Part shown: positions 26,573 to 32,000 of the stretch, one piece after another | Layout of the letters: each line of letters begins with the position of its first letter | Position numbering within the stretch: the first letter of the stretch is position 1 | Assembly: GCF_001457595.1 (NCBI RefSeq) | Contig: NZ_LN831039.1 | Span: forward strand, 2,850,001-2,882,000 | From: Mycolicibacterium smegmatis | Lineage (GTDB): Bacteria; Actinomycetota; Actinomycetes; Mycobacteriales; Mycobacteriaceae | Length of the DNA: 32,000 bases | Direction: 5' to 3' | Made by a program: the position numbers and the translations under genes | Notes under the pieces: generated by a model | What the model was told of the DNA's origin: nothing | Databases searched by the model: none | What the model saw: the letters and a program-made list of their open reading frames with translations, nothing else

Positions 26573-29008
26573 ATGACGAGGCCGGGAGCGAAGCTGAACA
26601 CCGCTGTTCGGCGGCTGACGATCGGCCTGCTCGCAGTCGCCCTTGCGGGACTGCTGGTGCCGTCGGTCGCGGCTGCGACGCCGGAGTCCGACGCCGACGC
26701 GGCGATCAACTCCGCATGGGAGGTCAGCGGCGGCGACGGCGGCCCGCTGGGACCCCGGCAGGGTGATGTCTACGCGATCGGCGCGGGATTCGGCCAGGAC
26801 TTCACCGGCGGCAAGATGTTCTTCACCCCCGACACCGGCGCCCACTACGTCCAGGGCGCGATCCTGGAGAAGTACGAAGCGCTGGGCGGCCCTGCCGACA
26901 GCGATCTCGGGTTCCCGACCATCGACGAGGGCGCCGGACGCGCACCCGACAGTCGCAACTCCACGTTCAGCGCCCCCGACAATCCGGTGATCTTCTGGAC
27001 CCCCGACACCGGTGCGCGCGTGGTGCGCGGCGCGATCAACGCCGCGTGGGACAAGCTCGGCGGTTCGGCCGGCGTGCTGGGTGTGCCCGCCGACGACGAG
27101 ACCTACGACGGCGACGTGGTGCGCCAGAAGTTCACGGGCGGCGAGCTGTCGTGGAACCGGAAGACCAAGGCGTTCACCACGGTTCCGCCCGAACTCGCCG
27201 ATCAGCTGAAAGACCTTCAGATCCCGGATGATCCGGCCTCGGCGATCGCCGCCGCGCGCCGCGCGGCAGGCGGCCCGATGGGCCCGCTCGGCGCAAAGGA
27301 CGGCGACGTCTACAAGATCGGCGACGCGGGCGGCCTTGGCCAGAACTTCGCGGGCGGCAAGATCTTCTACAGCCCGGAGACCGGCGCCAACGTGATCAGC
27401 GGCCAGGTCCTCGAGAAGTACGAGAGCGTCGGCGGCCCGCAGGGCGATCTGGGTTTCCCGACCAGCAGCGAGGACGAGGGCGGGCTGGGCCCGAACAGCC
27501 GGATCGCCACGTTCGCGGCCCCCGACAAGCCGGTGATCTTCTGGACACCCGACTACGGCGCCGTGATCGTGCGCGGCGCCATGAACGCGGCGTGGGAGAA
27601 GCTCGGTGGCGCGACCGGGACGCTCGGCGCGCCGACGGCCGACCAGACCGAGGACGGCACCGTCATCACCCAGAAGTTCAGTGGTGGCGCCATCTCGTGG
27701 GACCGCGCCGACAACACCTTCACCACCGAGCCGTCGAACCTGGCGTCCGAACTGGCGGGGCTGCAGATTCCCGGGGCCGAGCAGGCGCCGCCGCCGGCGG
27801 CCGAGGCGCCACAGGCCGAAGACGAGTCCAAGCCGTTCTCGTGGCACTGGAGCTGGTGGTGGCTGGTCGCGCTGATCCCGGTGCTGCTGCTCGCCGGGCT
27901 CGTGGTGGGTGCGGCGCTGTGGCACCGGCGCCGCAACCGCGACGACGGATTCGACCACGAACCGTTCGACGACGACCACTACGACGATCGGCATGACGAT
28001 CGGCACGACGATCGCTACGGCGACTCCTACGAGGACCGTTACGACGACGGCCCGCACGACGACGGTCCGCACGACGACCGTGCGCCGCACACCGACTACC
28101 GCGAAGGCCGCTTCGACGCCGACCGCTACCGCGACGAGGACGCTGCGGGAGTTTCCGATGCGGATCCGTACGCGCCCGACGCCGACACCCGCGCCGACAC
28201 CCTCGACGACGCCGTGACATCGCGGTTTGCCGATCCCTACCACGAGAACGAGACCGCCGGGTCGCCGTTCGACGGCCCGACCGACGTCTCGATGCCGATC
28301 AGCCAGTGGGCCGCCCCCGGCGACCGTCCCGGCGAGGACCAACCCGAGAACCCCGAAGAGCCGGCGCAACGGGACGATTTCGGAGACGACTTCGACCATG
28401 CCGAGGACGACGCGTTCGAACGCGACGAGGCCGACGACGAGTTCGACGACGACCGCGAGGACGACGACTTCGACACCGACGAAGATCTGGCCGACCGTGC
28501 CGACGTCGAGGCGGACCTCGAAGATGATCTGGAAGACGACCTCGAAGACGACTACGAGGACGATCTCGACGAGGAAACCTCCGGTGGGGCAGGAGCCGGG
28601 ACCGCGGCCGCCGGAGCGGCGGCCGCGGCAGCTGCTGCGGCGAGCACGTTCGGCGGGCCGGTGCCGGTCGGCGCGGGGTTCAACCGTCCGGCGTTCGAGG
28701 AGCAGGAAGACCCCGACAATGTCGACACCGCACCGACGCGAGTGGTGACGCCCGCGGATCTGCGCAGTGACCCGCCGAGCGGGCGCCACGCGGCGATCGA
28801 ATTCGACGAACCGATTCCGAGTGCCACCGCGCTTCACCTGCCCCTGGACGATCCGCAGGAGGCTCCCGACGGCTATCCGATCAAGGCGGACACCAAGACC
28901 GGCATGTACTGGGCGCCCGACAGTGCGGACTATGAGGACGCGGTCGCCGAGATCTGGTTCGCCAGTGAGGAGTTCGCCCGCACGAACGGATTCGTACGGG
29001 CGAACTGA
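26573..29008 (+). CDS. LGFP-repeat cell-envelope protein with one TM helix, a hyper-acidic cytoplasmic tail and a short conserved C-terminal module (Rv2721c-like), 811 aa
   Basis: ATG is preceded by GGGAGGG. Signal peptide ends near VAAATP. Six LGFP-type repeats (DLGFPT, LGVP, LGAP). TM helix WHWSWWWLVALIPVLLLAGLVVGAALW. About 215 aa are rich in Asp/Glu. C-terminus GYPIKADTKTGMYWAPDSADYEDAVAEIWFASEEFARTNGFVRAN. Confidence 0.9.
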   Translation: MTRPGAKLNTAVRRLTIGLLAVALAGLLVPSVAAATPESDADAAINSAWEVSGGDGGPLGPRQGDVYAIGAGFGQDFTGGKMFFTPDTGAHYVQGAILEKYEALGGPADSDLGFPTIDEGAGRAPDSRNSTFSAPDNPVIFWTPDTGARVVRGAINAAWDKLGGSAGVLGVPADDETYDGDVVRQKFTGGELSWNRKTKAFTTVPPELADQLKDLQIPDDPASAIAAARRAAGGPMGPLGAKDGDVYKIGDAGGLGQNFAGGKIFYSPETGANVISGQVLEKYESVGGPQGDLGFPTSSEDEGGLGPNSRIATFAAPDKPVIFWTPDYGAVIVRGAMNAAWEKLGGATGTLGAPTADQTEDGTVITQKFSGGAISWDRADNTFTTEPSNLASELAGLQIPGAEQAPPPAAEAPQAEDESKPFSWHWSWWWLVALIPVLLLAGLVVGAALWHRRRNRDDGFDHEPFDDDHYDDRHDDRHDDRYGDSYEDRYDDGPHDDGPHDDRAPHTDYREGRFDADRYRDEDAAGVSDADPYAPDADTRADTLDDAVTSRFADPYHENETAGSPFDGPTDVSMPISQWAAPGDRPGEDQPENPEEPAQRDDFGDDFDHAEDDAFERDEADDEFDDDREDDDFDTDEDLADRADVEADLEDDLEDDLEDDYEDDLDEETSGGAGAGTAAAGAAAAAAAAASTFGGPVPVGAGFNRPAFEEQEDPDNVDTAPTRVVTPADLRSDPPSGRHAAIEFDEPIPSATALHLPLDDPQEAPDGYPIKADTKTGMYWAPDSADYEDAVAEIWFASEEFARTNGFVRAN
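26699..27772 (+). repeat. Tandem internal duplication of an approximately 175-aa three-LGFP module (aa 43-218 and 223-400)
   Basis: The two units align along their full length. Examples: PVIFWTPDTGARVVRGAINAAWDKLGG vs PVIFWTPDYGAVIVRGAMNAAWEKLGG, and FTTVPPELADQLKDLQIP vs FTTEPSNLASELAGLQIP. Confidence 0.85.
27983..28018 (+). repeat. 3 x 12-nt tandem repeat (DDRH/DDRH/DDRY) within the acidic tail
   Basis: gacgatcggcat / gacgatcggcac / gacgatcgctac. Further short in-frame repeats follow: DDGPH twice near 28035-28065 and LEDD three times near 28517-28555. Confidence 0.8.
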
Positions 29009-29017
29009 CAGCCGCGG

Positions 29018-29749
29018 TCAGATCTTGCGGATGACGGTGACGACCTTGCCCAGGACGGCCGCGTCGTTGCCGGGAATCGGGTCGTAGGCCGGGTTGTGCG
29101 GCATGAGCCACACCTGACCGCGTGCGCGCTTGAAGGTCTTGACCGTGGCCTCGCCGTCGATCATGGCCGCGACGATGTCGCCGTTGTCCGCGACGTTCTG
29201 TTGGCGCACCACCACCCAGTCGCCATCGCAGATCGCGGCGTCGATCATCGAGTCGCCGACGACCTTGAGCAGGAACAGCGAGCCCTCGCCGACCAGTTCC
29301 CGCGGCAGTGGGAACACGTCCTCGACGGCCTCCTCGGCCAGGATCGGACCGCCTGCGGCGATACGCCCCAGAACCGGCACGAACGTGGGTTCCGGTAGCG
29401 CGTCGGAGCCCGCGACGTCGGTGGTGACCACGGCAGCGGCCGCCGGATCGTCGGCCGCGCGGACATCGACGGCCCTGGGCCGGTTGGGATCCCTGCGCAG
29501 ATACCCCTTGCGTTCGAGGGTGCGGAGTTGGTGGGCCACCGAAGAGGTGGACGTGAGGCCGACGGCGTCGCCGATCTCTCGGATGCTCGGTGGGTAACCC
29601 CGACTGGTCACCGAGGCGCGGATGACCTCGAGGATGGTGCGCTGACGTTCTGTGAGGCCGTTGTCGACGGCGCGGCGCCGACCGGCGCCGTCCGCATCGG
29701 CCGGGCTTTCGGTACTGCCGTCCGTGAACTCGCCGGTGTCGTCGCTCAT
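29018..29749 (-). CDS. lexA: SOS repressor LexA, 243 aa
   Basis: Track ORF trimmed to ATG 29747-29749 (MSDDTGEF). Winged-helix region [52 protein letters not shown]. Cleavage site and S24 peptidase region AAG...GDSM...VKTF. Confidence 0.95.
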   Translation of the reverse strand: MSDDTGEFTDGSTESPADADGAGRRRAVDNGLTERQRTILEVIRASVTSRGYPPSIREIGDAVGLTSTSSVAHQLRTLERKGYLRRDPNRPRAVDVRAADDPAAAAVVTTDVAGSDALPEPTFVPVLGRIAAGGPILAEEAVEDVFPLPRELVGEGSLFLLKVVGDSMIDAAICDGDWVVVRQQNVADNGDIVAAMIDGEATVKTFKRARGQVWLMPHNPAYDPIPGNDAAVLGKVVTVIRKI

Positions 29750-29781
29750 GGCGCCGAATCTAATACCTGTCCGAACATTAA

Positions 29782-29797
29782 TCAAACATGTGTTCGA
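29782..29797 (-). promoter_or_regulatory. lexA autoregulatory SOS box
   Basis: In lexA sense it reads TCGAACACATGTTTGA, one mismatch from the palindromic consensus TCGAAC-N4-GTTCGA. It lies 33-48 nt upstream of the lexA ATG. Confidence 0.75.
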
Positions 29798-29897
29798 GGC
29801 GTGTCGCCGCGCTGACGTCGAAGGATGGCTCGCGTGGGGGTGTCCTGGGGCTGTTCGGAGGCGCGTGCGATGCGGTCGCGGCCGACGCCGCCCGGAG

Positions 29898-29920
29898 TTG
29901 TCGGTACCCCGTTCTATATT
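29898..29920 (+). promoter_or_regulatory. RecA-NDp-like promoter motif facing the chiZ-like gene
   Basis: TTGTCGGTA-N8(CCCCGTTC)-TATATT against the consensus tTGTCRgtg-N8-TAnnnT. It lies 93 nt upstream of the ATG at 30013. Confidence 0.6.
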
Positions 29921-29930
29921 TCGCAACAGT

Positions 29931-29988
29931 TCGATCACACGTTCTATCCTTCGAACATGTGAGCGACTATATTCGAACACAGGAGCGA
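29931..29988 (+). promoter_or_regulatory. Cluster of three degenerate SOS-like boxes around a second -10 (TATATT 29968-29973)
   Basis: TCGATCACACGTTCTA (29931-29946), TCGAACATGTGAGCGA (29951-29966), TCGAACACAGGAGCGA (29973-29988). The last two share a perfect TCGAAC left half and an identical GAGCGA right half, 22 bp apart. Confidence 0.45.
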
Positions 29989-30012
29989 ATACGCCGGACG
30001 AAAGGCAGTCAG

Positions 30013-30558
30013 ATGGCCATCCTCGACATCCCCGTCGACATTCCCGTCGCAGCGAACGTGGCCACGCGCCGCACGGGCGGTGCCGGCGCACGCGCCGCGG
30101 CTGCGCGGACCCCGGATCGAGGTTCTGTCCGGACCGTGCCTGCGTCTCGGCGTGTGCGGCCGCGCGGGGAGCGTCCGGTGCGCCGTCCGCAGCCCGGCCG
30201 TCCCGGCGGTGCGGCCCTGCGTCACCGCGGCACCGGTGTCCTGATGTCCCGCGCGTCGCATCGTCGCCCGATCACCCCGGCCACCACGGTGGTGCTGGCC
30301 CTGGTCGCCGCCGGTATCACGGTGTGGCTCGGTCTCGTCGCGCAGTTCGGCGGGGTGCTGGGCTCGTCGGCGCCGGTCTCGGTGCCCAGTGAGCTGGCCG
30401 TCGTGCAGGTGCAGTCGGGGGAGACGTTGCAGCAGGTGGCCCGCCGCGTCGCGCCTGACGCCCCGGTCGCCGCGGTGGTCCAGCAGATCCGTGACCTCAA
30501 CCAGTTGGAGTCCGCCGCGCTCGACGCCGGGCAGACGCTGATCGCCCCCGTCGGCTGA
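30013..30558 (+). CDS. chiZ: ChiZ-like (Rv2719c-like) DNA-damage-inducible LysM membrane protein, 181 aa
   Basis: Track ORF 29788..30558 trimmed to ATG 30013. Arg/Pro-rich disordered N-terminus, TM helix [23 protein letters not shown], and C-terminal LysM ([16 protein letters not shown]...IRDLNQL...[10 protein letters not shown]). Divergent from lexA, as in M. tuberculosis. Confidence 0.8.
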
Positions 30559-30719
30559 GGCTCGAAATGGGCGGTGAATCGGCCTGGCAGGCAATACCGC
30601 TCGCCGGCGAGATGCGCCGATATGCGCCACTGCAGACGGCGGTGAGTCAGCCGCGACCGACACAGGTACGCTCAAGAGCGCTCGAACTGTTGGTCTGGCG
30701 GCGTGACGAAGGAGCGGTG

Positions 30720-31172
30720 ATGCATTGTCCGTTCTGCCGTCATCCTGATTCCAGGGTGGTCGACTCCCGCGAAACCGATGAGGGGCAGGCCATCCGGCGA
30801 CGACGCTCGTGCCCCGAGTGCGGCAGGCGTTTCACCACGGTCGAGACCGCGGTGCTCGCGGTGGTCAAGCGTAGCGGCGTGAGTGAACCGTTCAGCCGCG
30901 AGAAGGTCATCCGCGGAGTCCGGCGCGCATGTCAGGGCCGCGACGTCGACGACGACGCGCTCAACGTCCTGGCGCAGAAGGTCGAGGACGCCGTGCGTGG
31001 CCTCGGCACCCCCGAGATACCCAGCCATGAGGTCGGTCTGGCCATCCTGGGACCGTTGCGTGAACTCGACGAGGTCGCCTACCTGCGCTTCGCGTCCGTG
31101 TACCGGTCGTTCTCGTCCGCCGAGGATTTCGAGCGGGAGATCGAGGCGCTCCGCGCCCACCGCGGTGCGTAG
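30720..31172 (+). CDS. nrdR: Ribonucleotide reductase transcriptional repressor NrdR, 150 aa
   Basis: Track ORF trimmed to ATG 30720, preceded by GAAGGAG. Zinc ribbon [17 protein letters not shown]...[15 protein letters not shown], followed by an ATP-cone. Confidence 0.95.
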
Positions 31173-31190
31173 AGGTGTGCCCAGAGCCGC

Positions 31191-31880
31191 CTAGAGTTCG
31201 AGCTGCCTGGTCCCGTCGTTGACCACCCGGCCCGCCACCTGAACCCAGCCCTCCGGGCTCCACCTGGTGCGAATCACCGAGCCCTTGCCCTGCACGATCG
31301 TCAGATCCCGGCTCAGATAGTCGGTGATCCGGACCGCGGCCGCGCCGGTCGCCTCATCCTCCCGGATGCCCAGGTTCGTCGCGAACATGCGGGATCGCAG
31401 GACGCCCTCGTTCTTGTCGCTCCACGTCCACAGATAGTGCTGGACGTCGTCGTCGTAGTCGTCCGGGTCGGCGGACATCAGTTCCTCGGCGGAGGGCAGG
31501 TCGTAGATCGCGAACTCCGGCGCCCATTCCGAACGTGCGCTGATCGCGGCGAGGTCGCCGTCGTAGGTCACCTGCACGATGCCCGCGGGAACCTGCAGCG
31601 TCTTGATGGGCCTGCCGATGTCCCGGAGGTACCACGCCGCGCCGACAGTGGGATGCCCGGCGAAGGGCAACTCCGAGGCCGGCGTGAAGATGCGTGCGTG
31701 GGCGGTGTGGCTGTCGGGTCCTGGGAGATCGATGAATATCGTTTCGCTGTAACCCAATTCCTTGGCGATGCGCTGCCGGTCTGCGGGATCCACAGTGCTG
31801 TTGTCGACCACGCCGAGCGGATTGCCGAACTTGCCGTCGGAGTCGGTGAAAACTCGCAACACGGTCACGTCGATGGCCAT
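31191..31880 (-). CDS. PhzF-family isomerase-like protein, 229 aa
   Basis: Track ORF. N-terminus [18 protein letters not shown] and the [11 protein letters not shown] motif are typical of the PhzF/YddE fold. Confidence 0.8.
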   Translation of the reverse strand: MAIDVTVLRVFTDSDGKFGNPLGVVDNSTVDPADRQRIAKELGYSETIFIDLPGPDSHTAHARIFTPASELPFAGHPTVGAAWYLRDIGRPIKTLQVPAGIVQVTYDGDLAAISARSEWAPEFAIYDLPSAEELMSADPDDYDDDVQHYLWTWSDKNEGVLRSRMFATNLGIREDEATGAAAVRITDYLSRDLTIVQGKGSVIRTRWSPEGWVQVAGRVVNDGTRQLEL

Positions 31881-31886
31881 GACACG

Positions 31887-31892
31887 ATGCTA
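31887..31892 (-). promoter_or_regulatory. Candidate -10 (TAGCAT) for a leaderless phzF-family mRNA
   Basis: Minus-strand sequence is TAGCAT-CGTGTC-ATG. The -10 hexamer ends 6 nt before the A of the start codon, and no SD is present. Confidence 0.4.
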
Positions 31893-31915
31893 CGTGCCTG
31901 AAACGGCCCGTACGG

Positions 31916-32000
31916 TCAGGTTGCGCTGCGCTCGTCGACGCCCATCGCCTCGATGACGGCGACCTGCGTGTCGAGGGACCCGCTCATCGTCGAGCGGTTG
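31916..32000 (-). CDS. 3' end (27 codons plus stop) of an unidentified gene that runs off the right edge
   Basis: Manual translation ...NRSTMSGSLDTQVAVIEAMGVDERSAT-stop (TGA at 31916-31918). Strong GC3 bias. Too short to name. Confidence 0.45.
   Translation of the reverse strand, partial: NRSTMSGSLDTQVAVIEAMGVDERSAT

Noticed and set aside
26558-28837. 759-aa minus-strand ORF
   Set aside because: It is antisense to the LGFP/acidic-tail gene. Its long Val/Gly/Arg runs mirror the Asp/Glu/Pro codons of the real gene. This is a GC-composition artefact.
30682-30697. SOS-like sequence TCGAACTGTTGGTCTG, 23 nt upstream of the nrdR ATG
   Set aside because: The right half (GGTC) deviates from GTTC and the flank is unrelated. 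I know of no evidence for LexA control of nrdR. It could be chance, given how common GAAC/GTTC tetramers are in the window.
1-32000. Scan for tRNA/rRNA genes, CRISPR repeat-spacer arrays, IS inverted repeats or transposases, toxin-antitoxin pairs and phage genes
   Set aside because: Nothing of the kind was visible by eye. Every intergenic region is shorter than about 265 nt and is accounted for by promoters or terminators. A covariance-model scan (Infernal/Rfam, tRNAscan) would be needed to exclude small RNAs, particularly in 26316-26572.

Overview
High-GC, densely coding actinobacterial chromosome segment of Mycobacteriaceae type. From memory, gene order and protein sequences match the recA-lexA neighbourhood of a fast-growing Mycolicibacterium (M. 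smegmatis-like). I cannot verify that here. I found no tRNA/rRNA genes, IS elements, CRISPR arrays or prophage signatures.

Layout:
(1) 1-8491, all minus strand: one long operon for a Tat-less, cytochrome-b-less group-1h-type (Hhy/Hyd2-like, high-affinity) [NiFe] uptake hydrogenase. Order is hypA-hypB-hhyS-hhyL-hhyE, then three translationally coupled proteins of unknown function, then a 39-aa membrane micro-ORF absent from the ORF track, then the maturation protease and hypC (truncated at the left edge).
(2) 8492-10300: divergent recA-recX. The promoter region carries both a LexA SOS box and a RecA-NDp (PafBC-type) promoter motif.
(3) 10358-13585, minus strand: gluABCD glutamate ABC transporter.
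(4) 13681-22187: conserved housekeeping block of miaB, a membrane protein, a DUF349 repeat protein (minus strand), a polytopic membrane protein, a 228-aa unknown, miaA, dapF and hflX.
(5) 22208-26315, minus strand: PE-PPE-type serine hydrolase with a repetitive tail, and a BisC-like cytoplasmic molybdoenzyme.
(6) 26573-29008: large LGFP-repeat / single-TM / hyper-acidic-tail protein.
(7) 29018-31172: lexA divergent from a ChiZ-like LysM gene across a regulator-dense 263-bp region, then nrdR.
(8) A phzF-family gene (candidate leaderless mRNA) and a partial CDS at the right edge.

The best candidate for undescribed biology is the uncharacterised four-ORF module embedded in the hydrogenase operon (629-3399). 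Start codons were chosen by hand from SD motifs, stop/start overlaps and remembered homologues. All family assignments rest on motif recognition by eye.
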